In this document: piece by piece, positions 38,951 through 52,739 of the stretch
Layout: every line of letters begins with the position of its first letter
Position numbering within the stretch: position 1 is the stretch's first letter
Source: Octopus sinensis
Taxonomy: Eukaryota
Direction: 5' to 3'
Length of the DNA stretch: 64,000 nucleotides
NCBI RefSeq assembly: GCF_006345805.1
Contig: NC_043015.1
Coordinates: forward strand, 25,482,001-25,546,000
The notes under the pieces: generated by a model
What the model was told of the DNA's origin: nothing
What the model saw: the letters and a program-made list of their open reading frames with translations, nothing else
Database searches by the model: none
Program-made: the position numbers and the translations under genes

Positions 38951-39472
38951 GGTTTATTCACAATAATAATAATAATAATAATCATCTCTTTTTGTACATA
39001 TTTAGATCTGTGTATTATCTCTCAAAGAGCAATGCTTAAATATCAAAACCAAGATAGTTAGATAATTCTACATAAATAGCAAAGTAAGAAACAAACAACA
39101 GAAAGAGCTGATATGCAGCAGGCCAGACATTATTTTTCCACTGATTTTATTTATTTATATATATATTTATTCAGGAGCAGCAGCGGCAACAACCGTAGTA
39201 GTTTGTTAAAGCAAAGGTAAATGTCTGCAAACATTGTAGCTGTGATCTCTAAAACATTAGCTCATTTATAACTGTCATAAAGGTGTGTGAAAATGATGAC
39301 AACTGGCTGTGAAATCTCTCAGAAAATATCACCATCTATTAAAGATATACAGAAATAAAGACTGAGCTATGTCGTGTGTGTGTGTGTGTGTGTGGCTCTA
39401 TACATGTACACATATACTCATATGTGAATATGCATACAAATATATATGTATACACTCACACACACATGTATA

Positions 39473-39508
<36 letters not shown>

Positions 39509-40013
39509 CATGCACACTTAAACATGGATGTTCTCTTAGAACAAGCTATACTGTGGTAGTTACTGTGAGAGGTACTCTCATATTGGCTTTAGGTGCAGAT
39601 GCACTCTTGTCAATAATGCTAGTGGGGAAATAAATCCCCACTGTCTCCAGCATCAACACAACCAGATCATGTGATTTCGACCATCTTCTGTCAATGATGG
39701 ACACTTGACAGCTAGAGATAGCAGTGATCCACATGATCTGGTGGTCTCAGTGATGAAGTGGTGGTGGGGGGATTTATATCTTCACTAGTCATATAAACAA
39801 GGGTGCATTCTGCATTAAAAGCCAATAATGACAGTTTCTCTCATGATAACTACTGCAGTATAGCTTTTTCTAACGGAACGTCCATGTTTAAGAAGGGATA
39901 AATATTACCTCTCGATATATATATGTATGCATAAGCACCATCTGAATGTGGCCAATGCCAGTACCCTCTGACTGGCTCTTGTGCTGGTGGAATATATATA
40001 TATATAATATATA

Positions 40014-40044
<31 letters not shown>

Positions 40045-40061
40045 GGAATATATATATATAT

Positions 40062-40372
40062 TCTTTTAATTGTTTCAATCATTTTGAGTGTGGCCATGCT
40101 GGAACACCGCCTTTAGTCAAACAAATTGACCCCTGGACTTATTCATTGTAAGGCTAGTACTTATTGTATCGGTCTCTTTTGCCAAACCTCTAAATTACGG
40201 GGACGTAAATGCACCAACAATGGGTTGTGGGTGGGGAGGAAACACAAACACACACAAATCCACTGACAAGGATTTGGTTGGCCCGATGTTATAGTAGAAG
40301 ATACTTGTCCAAGGTACCACAGAGTGGGACTGAACACGGAACCATGTCGTTCAGCAGCAAGCTTCTTACCAC
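40062..40372 (-). mobile_element. Family B SINE-like copy
   Basis: ggccatgctggaacaccgcc...agacttgtccaagg-like...gggactgaacacggaaccatg...aagcttcttaccac. Confidence 0.75.
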
Positions 40373-40566
40373 GGATATATATATTTACATGTACACGCAA
40401 ACACATGATAAATGTGTTTGTGAATGTGTAGGTGTCATAAACATGCACTGTATATATTTATATATATACAGACATATACATACATATAAATAGGGATACA
40501 CATATATACACACATAACAATTGGGATCAATTTCTAAAGTATAGACATATATACACACTCACTCAT

Positions 40567-40608
<42 letters not shown>

Positions 40609-41764
40609 TCACTCATGCACACTCATGCACACTCATGCACACACATGCACTCACATGCGCACATTTATACACGCACACACATACACACATATATTTATAC
40701 ATACACGCACACATGTATCTCTATAGATATTTATTCCAAGTTAACTGTAAACTCTGAACGAGCAAAAAATGTTTAAAAGACAACAAAACAATGAGGAAGA
40801 AGAAAAATTGAAAGTAAGGTGATGTATATTAACTAGTTTCTATTTATTCACAAATAGACACATACACGCTCAGAAACACACACACTCACACACACATATA
40901 TTGTTACATAAATATTGAATTTTCTTTAGATAAGACACACATCTTGAGCTAAGTTTGTAGAGAAGAGGGAATTGAAGATTAAATTAACTTGAGAATCTGA
41001 CTGGAATTCATTTTATTTTATGAGCCAATTATTAGTTTAATGACAGCTATATGTACAGTTGTTCACCCTTCCTAGAAACAAAAGCCACACTTGCTCAGAT
41101 CACACCTGAAAAGAAGGACACATTTTGATTGTGTAGTCCTATGTATGCTGTGCTGTGCTTAGAAATAAGACATCTGTGTCATGGCAGGTGAAGGTACATG
41201 GCCTGGTGGTAAGAGTCTTCGGCTGACAGTCATAGGGGAATAATTCAATACCTGGCACCACATATTGGTACGGCTAACTCTCAAAAGGTTTGTTCACATT
41301 TGACAAATTTCGATTTCTAATCCTGCTGGGTGCCCACATATTCTCCTCAATAAATAATTCCAGTAAGCAACCAGATTAGCTGCCAATCATTCAGCCAGAA
41401 CAGGTGGAACTGCATTGGAGGTTACCAGTAGCAGGCTTCCATCAGTCCATCATGGAACTGGTGCTCAACCAACCATTGTCTTATACTCGTACCTACATTT
41501 ATAGGTGCAGATGTGGTTGTGTGGTTGAAAAGTTCTCTTCAAAACCACATAGCTGTGGGTTCAGTTCCACTGTACAGCACCTTGGATGAGTTTTGGATTA
41601 GCCAATAATTCTTTACCCACCACTAAACAGGGAGACACTGGTCAATCCAAAGAAATGAGGAAACCATACATTCTTGCATAATTTATTTATATTTAGCAGA
41701 TAAAATAAGTCAAAACAAGACAACTTTGTCAAAAAAACTTCACTGACTGAGTGAAATCTAGGCA

Positions 41765-42130
41765 TAGCTGTGTGGTTAAGAAATTCACTTTGTAACTACA
41801 TGACTTCAGGTTCATTCCTGCTGCATAGCACCTTGGGCAGGTGTATTCTAATAAAGTTCCAACTTGTTAGTGAATTTCATAGATGGAAACTGTATGGAAG
41901 CTTGTTGCTAATATGTGTGTGCATCTGTGTTTGTACTGCACCACCACCACCACCACCACTGCCTGACAACCAGTGTTGGTTTGTTGACAATTTCTGTAAC
42001 TTAGCAGTTCATCAAAAGACATCGATGGACTAAAAAAAAGTAAGTATTGAGTTTGCTTTGTCCAACTAACTCTACAAAGCAGTGCTCCAGCATTGCCACA
42101 AGTCTAATGACTGAAACAAGTATGAAAAAA
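41765..42130 (+). mobile_element. Family B SINE-like copy
   Basis: agctgtgtggttaagaaatt...ggttcattcc...caccttgggcaggtg...gtgctccagcattgccac...gaaacaagt. Confidence 0.65.
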
Positions 42131-44119
42131 AATATTTAAAAATTGAAAAAAAGAAAAAGCCTCGATAGCATTTGTAAATTTGTGAGAGGGAAGATAATTG
42201 TAGTGTGTGGTTGGGGGTGTTTGAAGAGAAATAACGTTTAATCAATATATTCAACTAAGCATGTTTGAAATTATCAAAACTTTGCATACAAAAGAAATAC
42301 TTGGGAAAAAGTTTAAAATGAAGGAAAAGAAAAGAAAATTTCTCTAGAAAAGATTTTGTATTTAATAGATAATTAACTTGAAATATCCAAGGTAGAAAGC
42401 TGAGCAATTGAATAAGTGAGAGAAAGAATGTGTGTGTGTGTGTGTGTGTGGTCTCTCATCATGCTAGAAATAGCAATTGAAACCCATGCAATCCAATTAC
42501 AAAGAAGAGAGTGAGAATCTCTGTATGGTCTCCCTTCTTGCTAGATATAGCAACCAAATCTCTTTTCCCCACAAAGTATTTCCTACTGCTGTAAAAAAAC
42601 AGAAGGTATATTGGTTAATGTGAACATAAATAATGTTAGCAACAAACATAGAAGGAAGAAGGATCATGGAGTTTGATTAGGAGTCAAACTAGACCAAAGA
42701 AAGTTTGCTCCAGAGTTAGACAGTGACAAGAGAATTGGTCAGGTGTTGCTGTATTTGTTTTGGCTGCTTGTGTTCTGAGTTCAAATCCTGCTGTGGCCAT
42801 CCCTGTGTGATAGGCTTAATCTATTGCTCAGCATAATACTACATTGTTGGTACCCAGGATACTTTTAGTGGAGCAAGAAATCAGGACAGGTCTTTGGCTT
42901 AAAGATACCTTACTCCATCCCACACTCACTTACCTGTGTCTGAGGCCCTAGAAAGGGTTAGGGGCACAGCCCTTCTCTCATGAGTAAGTGATAAAAAATA
43001 TCTGATCAACAATGATATGGTATATATGACTCCACCACCACCACCACATCACCTACACCACTATCATTTTAACAAATACTTCTCTATGCTTGCATCATCC
43101 AAATGGAATTTGTTTAGGCAAATTTTCTTTGCTCTGAAGCCCTTCCTGTCACCACCCCTCACCGCTCTGATCACCTGTCTGGTCACCTGTCTGATCAAGG
43201 TAATAATCCCACATGGCCAGACATGTATGACAGTGATGTTACTTTTACAACCATTACATGTGGGCAAAACAAAGACACATACATGTATAAAGGGCTTCTC
43301 TCAGTTTCTATCTACAATATCAACTCACAAGGCATTGGTTGGCCAAGGCTATAACAAAAATACTTGCCCATGGTGCCACACAGAGGGACTGAACCTGAAA
43401 CCACTTGGCTGGAAAGCAAACTTGTTTACCATATAGCACTACACCTCAAACATTTTTACCTCCTGCAAGTAATACCTGCAACAAGTAAAAATGTATTTCA
43501 AAACTACATTATCTAATTTCTTTTTTATATGCATTTAAGCTATGATTTTGAGGGAGAATTAGCTACAATTTCTTACCATTTGAATGGTTGCTGAGAGGAT
43601 CCATTGATGGTTTGTAAAGCCTGTGACTTTCAGGTTTGTGGAGGTTAAATAAATCAGTTTGCTCACATTTATCACTGCCATTTTACAATTCAATTTATTT
43701 CAATTTATTGCAGCTGTATGCAAATACAACACAAAGTAGAGTGCAGTGCTAGCTGCAATGACAACACTTTAGGCATATCAAATTACTGCAGCAACATGCA
43801 GTTAATACACAGTTGATACAATTGTCTTGTTGCCTGGCCATTACATTCTAGCAATGTTACTGATCACAGATTATCATTATGGTTGCTGATGTCCTTCTCC
43901 TCTTTGCCAGGGTCAATTATCTCCATTGTTCTTTAGGGATTCATAAAATATAAGGACCTGACTCAACAAAATCAACTCTCACTCTCCCACTAAAATAGCA
44001 AGCTATGTGCAAAGATGCTTCTTTTTATCATTATTATTGTTGTTGTTGTTGCTGCTGCTGCTGTTGCTATTGCTGTTGCTGTTGCTGTTGTTGTTGTTGT
44101 TGTTGTTGTTATCATTTTT

Positions 44120-44770
44120 ACTTTTAATCTGCACGTCTGTAAAACACACCCAGCTGTTTCTGCCAGCTTGCCACCTTAGAAAAGATTATTATTGTTACTA
44201 TTAAGATGGTGACCTGGCAGAATTGTTCCAATGCTGGACAAAATGCTTCACAGCATGTCTCCTGGTTCTTCGTGCTCTGAGCACAAATTCCTCCAGAGTT
44301 AACTTTGCTTTTCTGCCCTCTGCATTCCATAAAGTACCAAATACTAGGGTTGAAGCTATCTCCTCATAATTGCTGACTTTAGACCTGAATCAAAACAATT
44401 ATTATTGGGGGAGGTGGACGACAAAAGAGCCCCACATAAAAACCATTTAGGGCTATTTGTTTATGTCCTTTTACATTCTGAGTTCAAATCTTGGTTCAGT
44501 CCACTTTATATTTCATCATTCCAGGGTCACTAAAATAAATACATTTGAAATTACAGAATTGATTTAGTTGACTTAAAATGCTCACTCACTTCCAAAATCT
44601 CTTGGGTGATGGGCCTGGGCTAGAATTCATCAGGATGGTGGAGTGGCAAAACCATTAGTACATTGAGTAAAATACAGTCCATTGTAATCCTTTACATAGT
44701 TTCAAATCTTCCCAGAACCAACTTTGTCTTTCATCTTTTGGGTTGATGGAATAAAGTGCCAGTCAAGTGC
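44120..44770 (+). mobile_element. Cluster of family C copies (one partial minus-strand copy, then three plus-strand)
   Basis: ctggcagaattgttcc...ctgagcacaaattcc; ttctgagttcaaatc; gtttcaaatcttcccagaaccaactttgtctttcatc. Confidence 0.65.
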
Positions 44771-45784
44771 AAAGCATATTTTTCCCAATTGATACCAATA
44801 AAATAAAGGCATCAGCTTTCCAAACATTCTTTTATGGATTCATCCTGTCATTTATACAAAACTAAACTTGTAATAAAACTCTTTTACTTATATCTAAAGC
44901 TACACAAAAGATTTTATAAAGAACCCTTTTCAGCAGCAAAAGCCATCAGCACTACGTACTGTACTGTTATACTAAGTGACTGTTTCCACCACAGCTAGCA
45001 ACTAGTGCCATAAGTGTTGTTAATAGTTCATGTAAACTGGAACCAAGAGGTGTTTCTTTGAAATAAGGATGCAGGTGTATTGCAAGTTCGGCAAGTGAAA
45101 ACCCCAAAATACTGTTCTTTCAACCGTATTCCATTGGGAAGAGAGGATTTGTGGAACGAGGGAAGATGGAAAAAAAGGAAAACAAAAATAATATGAATGA
45201 CAACAAGCAATCTATATTTTACTTGATTCAGGGATAAAAATGTTAACTTTCAATAAATATTTAAGATTTAGATCATTATCCTGCATTTAATATTTATGAT
45301 AGCTATATATATATATATATATATATATAAGTGTGTGTGTGTGTGTGTGTATGTACACACACACAAAGAAACACATGCATGTGCTTATACAAACACATGA
45401 ATACACAGAAACACATAATACACACACACACACGCACACACGCATACAGATGTACATACAAATAGAGATATGCATACATATATGTGAGTGTGTGTGTGTG
45501 TGTGTGTATACATATATATATATATATATATACACATACATATATATATACATATAAATACTTATATATACACATACACACATACGCATGCATATTACTA
45601 CCAACATCAATGTGTACAAATACTCATCATGTGTTGATGTTCACACATTAAAACGCATGCACGTGTACATAAAGAAGCATATGTGTGCACCAGGCATATA
45701 TAAACACACCTACATACTTAGGAATATATACACAAGCACATTTTTGATGCAATCAGCATATTACAGATATATACAACAGATGTG

Positions 45785-45816
<32 letters not shown>

Positions 45817-46837
45817 ATGGAATATAGAGAAAAGAGGAAATAAAATAAAAATAGAAATGAAAAAAAGATGGAAAGCAGAAGGAAAAAAACAAGAGAGAAA
45901 TAAGAACAAGCAGTAAGGTAAAGAAAGAGAAAATTAAATCAGAAAGGAATAAAAAAAGAAAAATTGAAAGAAAGAAAAAAAACCATGAAACTGGGTTCAG
46001 GAATGTTAAGAAGATTCCTTGAGAACTAATTTCAATTCCATTTTGCAGTATTTTACATAAGGGAATTGTGCTATAGTTTCAGGTTAATGGCTGTGGGGAA
46101 ATTTGGTGAATGGAAACTAAGTGGAAGCCCATGTGGTCTGCATAGATGTGTATAACAAGATTCTTCTTCTATATCATCATCATTATTTTAATGTTTACTT
46201 TTCCATGTTAACACAAGGCAGAGCTTATTGAAGTAGATTTTCGGTGGGCAGATGCTGCATCCATTTTCCTACTCTCACCTGTTTCCAAGCAACATAAGAT
46301 TTCCCTGTGGCCAGACATGTTTTTGCAGAAGATTGGAAAAGGAGGGCACTGTCAGTAATAGGTCACTTAAAGCTTCATGCTATGGCACGACAACAAGACA
46401 CAAACACAAGGGACTTCTTTCAGTTCCCTTCAACCAAGATCATGTGGTTGGGTTGCAAAATGAGCTTCTTAAACACACAAACCTGTGTGGGTGGATCAGC
46501 AGATCTGGGGTATTTCTCACTGAGGAGAATAGTTCAGGTCAAAACAGCTTGGCTGGCAATCCATCAGCATTCCAAGTGAAGCCCCATGTTTTTAACACAA
46601 GAATCTTTGGGAGGTTTCACTAACACACAATTTTACAGACAGTAACCATCCCTTGTTTTTACACACTTGTTTTATAAATTCGTATAAACACTGATATTGT
46701 AATCTAAACTGTTTCAAGAGTGGTTATTGTTTAAATATCCATCCATCCAGCCATCCATCCATCCATCCAGCCAGCCAGCCAGCCAGCCATCAAGTCATCC
46801 ATCCATCCATACATACATACATACATACATACACATA

Positions 46838-48112
46838 TTGGGTCAACCCATAAATAATGCGGTATTTTCAACTGCATGAACTAAAAGTCAGATTGGGACA
46901 GGATAAACTACCTGCATCAACTTCCTATAAAAGCAAGTAGTCATTTTACCTTGTATTCTTAGTGCAAGTTTTGAAGAGTGCAGTTCTATTTTAACAGTTA
47001 TTCTTTCAAAGTTATAATGGAAGTGGCAAAGGAGCATGTTTGGCATATTTTGCTTTTTGAATTCAATAAAGCCAACAACACAACAGAAAGTGCAAGGAAT
47101 ATTAATACAGTATATGGGGATCGGTCAATAAGCGTAAACCAGTGTCAACAGAGGTTCCAGAAATTCTGAGCCGGAAACTACAGTCTAAATGATGAAACTT
47201 ATCCTGGAAGATCTGTAGAGTTTGACGAGGACATACTGCAGACTTTGGTGGAACAAGATCCCATCGTAACAGTTGAGGAACTAGCAGAGAAGATTGGATT
47301 TGGTCATTCAACCATTCATTGATACCTGCATGACATCAGAAAAGTCAGCAAATTGGATCAGTGGGTTCCTCATAAACATTTCGAGTTTAATTGCATGCAG
47401 AGAGTGAATGTGTGTTCTTCTTTGCCATCATATCTCTTGAATGAAACTTTTTTTGATCGAATAGTGACTTGTAACAAGAAATAGATTCTCTATAAAAATG
47501 TCAAGTGCCAAAGACAGTGGGTAGGAAAAGGAGAAACACTGGTACTCCAGGCTAAAGAAGGTCTTCACCCACGAAAGGTGTTGTTACCTGTTTGGTGGTA
47601 TATGAAAGGTTTAGCCCACTTTGAACTTTTAAACCCAAACCAAACGATAAAAGAGATTTACTGTGAGCAGCTTGAGTGGCTTAAGTCAGTGCTAGAAAGA
47701 ATAGCAACCATCTTTGATTTCACGTCGAAAGGTGTTCTTCCACTAGGATAATGCTTGGCAACATACAGCAAGAATGGCATTCAAAAGGCTGGAGCAGTTT
47801 GAATGGGAAACAATGCCTCACACAACATATTCACTGGACATTTCCCCATCTGATTATCATATATTCCACAGTCTTCAAATCATTTGGATGGAAAATATAT
47901 GAATCCTGTGGATAAGGGTAAAACAGTACTTGAGGAGTATTTTTTGTCACAGACAAGTGAATTTTGAAAGAGGAGCCTTGCAAGTCTACTAGATAGATGT
48001 AAGAGCATTGTAGAAAAGGAAGGCCAGCATATTTAGATTAATAAAGAATTTTATCTTAATTTTGAGAAATAAAAGAGGTATAAAAAAAACTGCATTATTT
48101 ATGGGATGACAC
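46838..48112 (+). mobile_element. Near full-length but inactive mariner (DD34D-type) DNA transposon
   Basis: Seen: TA then TIR ttgggtcaacccataaataatgcggtatttt; right end aaaaactgcattatttatgggatgac is its reverse complement. The transposase starts near 47018 (MEVAKEHVWHILLFEFNK...) and carries WVPHK (WVPHEL-like) and YSLDISPSDYHIF (YSPDLAPSDYHLF-like) motifs, with several stops and frameshifts. Confidence 0.92.
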
Positions 48113-49399
48113 ACACATACATATATATACATACATACATACATACACACACACATATATATATATATATGTAGTTACACACACACACAAGCATGCATAT
48201 ATATGTATACACATGTGTATGTTTTAATTATTGATATATATTCATATGTTAGTGTTTGTTTTTATTTTCAGTTCTAACAAAAATAATTTTACATTAATCT
48301 CCTGGGTTACTTTTGTAGAGTACAAATTTATTATTCTTAAACAAGAACACTGTTGATAGTGACTTCGAAGTTTCAGCAAATTAAGCCATCATCACATTGT
48401 GATGTATTGAACTTAGCCTTATCTTTACATAGTTTCTGTTGAGTTAAAATCTTCCTTGGATGAACAGCTTTGAATGGAGTGTCATTAAGTTTTTAGGGTG
48501 GGCTGTTATGGAGAGGTGCTTTGGAGAGATTGAAATTGATTAAATTTGTGAATATTTTATAAGAATTTATTTCATACATGTAGAACTTTGTAAACAAGTC
48601 AACATGTGTTTCTCTTTTGTTAGGTAGACAGAGTATGTGACAATAAATTTTCGTTGTGTTTGGTTTTATTGCGTTTAATCCATTAATTTTATTGCGTTTG
48701 ACAATGTAAAGATTAAAGGTTCAAAGTTCAGTATCTAAGCCCTTAATAATTGGATGTGTGGGCTTTTTTCCACAAAAGAATTTGCATAGATAATAAGTTT
48801 TGGCTGGTCAGTTTTTTGTTATTTAGGATATTTCTTGTTTCCCTTAGTAATGTAGGAGTCGTTAGTCAGGTGTGCCATGGTGTTGTTAGTAGAGAAAATT
48901 GATTCTCTTGTGTTTTGATGTTGTCAAAGACATAAGTCTGTATATTTCTCCTTTGGTGTTCATGGTTCCATAAGCAATTTCTTTAGTATACAAAGATTTT
49001 AACCCTCATGTTTTATGGAAGCAAAGTTTGTTTGCTGTTTGATTGTAAATATTTCTTCAATTCTATTCTATGCTAAAGTTGGGGGCATTATAGAAGGTGT
49101 GAGTATTTACTTCTATGAAAATGAGAATAAAAATAAAATTTGGTTTTAAAAAAAGATAAAGAAAGGGTGACTTTCAGATTGCTTACAAACAGATATATGT
49201 GTGTGTGTGTATGTGTGTGCATACGTTTGTAAGTTTGTGGACTTGTATTAGAAAATCTTTTATGAGGATTTTGGTTAGATGTAGGGAAACTTTTAGATAA
49301 TTTCCAGAGTACTTATTTAGTATAAAGCGATTATAGCTTGACTAACTGAAACTTCGAAGTTGCTATAAAAATTATTTTTGCTTAAAAATAATATATACA

Positions 49400-49650
49400 T
49401 ATGGTGACACGTTAAAAGCACCAACCGATCGTGGCCGATGCCAGACCACCACCCCCCGGCACCTGTGCAGGTGGCACGTAAAAAGCACCCACTACACTCG
49501 TGGAGTGGTTGGCGTTAGGAAGGGCATCCAGCTGTAGAAACACTGCCAGATCAGACTGGAGCCTGGTGCAGCCCTGGCTTCCCAGACCCCGGTTGAACCG
49601 TCCAACCCATGCTAGCGCGGAAAACGGACGTTAAACGATGATGATGATGA
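49400..49650 (+). mobile_element. Family A copy, well preserved
   Basis: ggcacgtaaaaagcacccactacactcgtggagtggttggcgttaggaagggcatccagctgtagaaacactgcc...cgttaaacgatgatgatg. Confidence 0.85.
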
Positions 49651-49777
49651 TATATTACTAATAATATATATATATATATATAATTAAAATCTTAGGGTAG
49701 CAAGAATATTCATCGAAAAATTCTTAGTTACCAGTGGTCTAGCGAGAAGGAAAAAATTAGTCAATAGACTATATATT

Positions 49778-49916
49778 ATTCAAAGAAGAATACAGTGTAC
49801 ATTCAAACATAAAAGAGATACCCGAAGAATAGGATATCTGACTCACTAGGAGTCAGATATTCTATTCATTGGGTATCTCTTTTGTGTTTAAATGTACACT
49901 GTATGTTTCTTTGAAT
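49778..49916. repeat. 139-bp imperfect palindrome (67-bp arms, 5-nt loop actag), MITE-like
   Basis: Left arm attcaaagaagaatacagtgtacattcaaacataaaagagatacccgaagaataggatatctgactc pairs with 49850-49916 with about 7 mismatches. Confidence 0.85.
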
Positions 49917-50271
49917 TATATATATATATATATATATGTGTGTATATGCACATACACATACACACATATACATATATACGTGTGTGTGTGTGTTTTAATT
50001 ATTGATATCGAGGAAAAAATAATGAATATTTCAGAAATTTCATATTCAAACAGACTATTGACATTTTTGTGTTTATATTTACATATCTTATTTTGTTTTC
50101 CTTCATTGATTTATTTACATGACATACAATGTGCATATCCTTTTAATTATACAACATTCAGTGTGTTTATTTACACTATATTCAATGTGTATATTTTCCA
50201 GTTTATCCATAGAATAAGGCAGTGTGTATTATCCAAATTATGTGGATAAATTTCAATGGAGTTTAAATTAA

Positions 50272-50808
50272 ACACAATATCCAGAGCATAAACCTCTGCT
50301 TTATATACACAACATCCAGAGCATAAACCTCTGCTTTATATACACAACATCCAGAGCATAAACCTCTGCTTTATATACACAACATCCAGAGCATAAACCT
50401 CTGCTTTATATACACAACATCCAGAGCATAAACCTCTGCTTTATATACACAACATCCAGAGCATAAACCTCTAATTTATATACACAACATCCAAAGCATA
50501 AACCCCTACTTTATATACACAACATCCAGAGCATAAACCTCTGCTTTATATACACAACATCCAGAGCATAAACCTCTGCTTTATATACACAACATCCAGA
50601 GCATAAACCTCTACTTTATATACACATCCAGAGCATAAACCTCTGCTTTATATACACAACATCCAGAGCATAAACCTCTGCTTTATATACACAACATCCA
50701 GAGCATAAACCTCTGCTTTATATACACAACATCCAGAGCATAAACCTCTGCTTTATATACACAACATCCAGAGCATAAACCTCTGCTTTATATACACAAC
50801 ATCCAGAG
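50272..50808. repeat. 35-bp minisatellite (acacaacatccagagcataaacctctgctttatat), about 15 near-identical copies
   Basis: Seen: ccagag at 50281 and 50316; few substitutions; one unit has a 3-bp deletion near 50620. Confidence 0.97.
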
Positions 50809-52174
50809 TGAAATCACCAATTTATATTATGCACAAACATTCGTTCATTCTATGTAAGCTTTATACATTTGAAATGAAAAGAATTGTGGAATATCCCCCA
50901 CCACCCCACCCCCATCATCTCTACTGTGTCCATCCTGCCAGTTGCTGTACTTAAACTACTTTCCTAATTATTTTTCTATGGAAGAACAACTCTCAACAAT
51001 TCTCTCTCTGCCCAGTTTTTTTCTGCAGAAATTCAAACTGAGAATCAACCGCATTAGTATTGTCTGTTTGGAAGTGTTTACTTACAGAAGGTTCCAAGGC
51101 ATTAACCACACTCTCTTCTTCTGATTATTTACTAAGAACAACGAAAAGGTTTTATTACTAGTGACACTGAAATTAAACGTACGTCATTGTCGTCTGCATC
51201 ATCATGAGTATCATTGCCATTTCAATGCCAACATTTTCATGAGATTACATGGTTCAGAAGGAATTCTTTGAAGCAAATTTTCTATAGCCAGATGCCCTTC
51301 CTGTTGCATATCCTTGCTTCCAAGCAAAATTATATTTCCCCATGAGTGGACAAGTATTCATGGAAGACTGGAAATGAAGGACATTGCTGCTGTGATGGTG
51401 ATGCTTATATGCAACAATCACACAATGTCCCTACAAGGAACACCCCCCACCAAAAGGCAACCCACTCATCTATTCACATATATACATAGAAATGTATGTA
51501 TAAGGGATCTCAATGCAGAGGGAAGATTCTGATAGGAGCTATCACCTATTTAGTTCAGTTTTTAAGGTATGAAGTAAGTGTTTCTCAAACCTGAAGATCA
51601 GCTATTTGATTCAACGGCTGCATTTCAGCGTCACACAACATCTGAGACCATGCAACAACCAAATTGTAGATATTGAACAGTGCTATTTGGTTGGACATTA
51701 TGGTGTGCACGTTACATGCTCATCTGTCACGTGAGTACATATTACAACTTGATTGTAGGTATTTGCCATAGTGTAATTCAGAGGTGTGTTAAAGAATACA
51801 GACTGAGTAATCATTTTACTGTGGCAAGGAGATGAGATACGCGATTTTGAGCAGTTTCACTGTATTGTAGTACTTTTAGTCTATTGAAGACAAGCAACAA
51901 AAGGAACTTTGAACAGAATAAAAGAGAAATGTAAAACAAATGAGGAAAATAAAAAAAAGTTTTGATGGATTAAAACAATGCAAAAATTATATATAAATGT
52001 ATAAGATGGAAGCAGGTATGTGTGTATGCTGTAGTGTTTATCATAAGCATTAAACCATTGAGGAATGTAATCAGTGAATACAAATGTAGAGACAAAAATG
52101 TATAAATGAGCTGTTGTTAGTGAAATGTGGGAATTGCATCTCATTTGAAGTGTGTGTGTGTGTGTGTGTTTAAG

Positions 52175-52235
<61 letters not shown>

Positions 52236-52739
52236 GAAGAGAGTTATAGTGTTTCCTGTAATTTAGATTATCAACTAAAAGTAAAAATAGTAAATTTACA
52301 AGAGATACCAAAATTTAAAGAAACTCAACACCACAAACAATAAGGAAACTTCCTGCTATTCTTCTCATCCGATATCTCGGCAATAAATAAGTTCAACGTA
52401 AGCAAGCAATAAAGAAGAAACGCACGTGTGCGTGTGTGTGTGTGAAGGTTAGTCGAGCGTTCATGCCGATACATTGAACTGACTGATCATGCATATACCA
52501 TTGAGTATTCAACAGCTTGTATAAATAGACTTTATTATTTTGTAGGAAAAGAATATTTCAGAACTGGGAATCTAGCCAAGTTTTATCATCTTCTGTAAAT
52601 ATGTTAAAATGAATGAACATACACAAAAAAAATAGTAAATTTCAATTTCCAGTATTAAAATGATTTTAAAATGTGTGTGTGTATGTGTGTGGTTGTGTGT
52701 CCATATACTCGAAAACACTATTAATAAGGGACGTAATAC

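Noticed and set aside
48330-48950. Possible LINE ORF1 (gag-like) remnant on the minus strand (KKPTHPIIKGL; KLCKDKAKFN)
   Set aside because: Zinc-knuckle residues are not intact and there are many stops; similarity is only suggestive.
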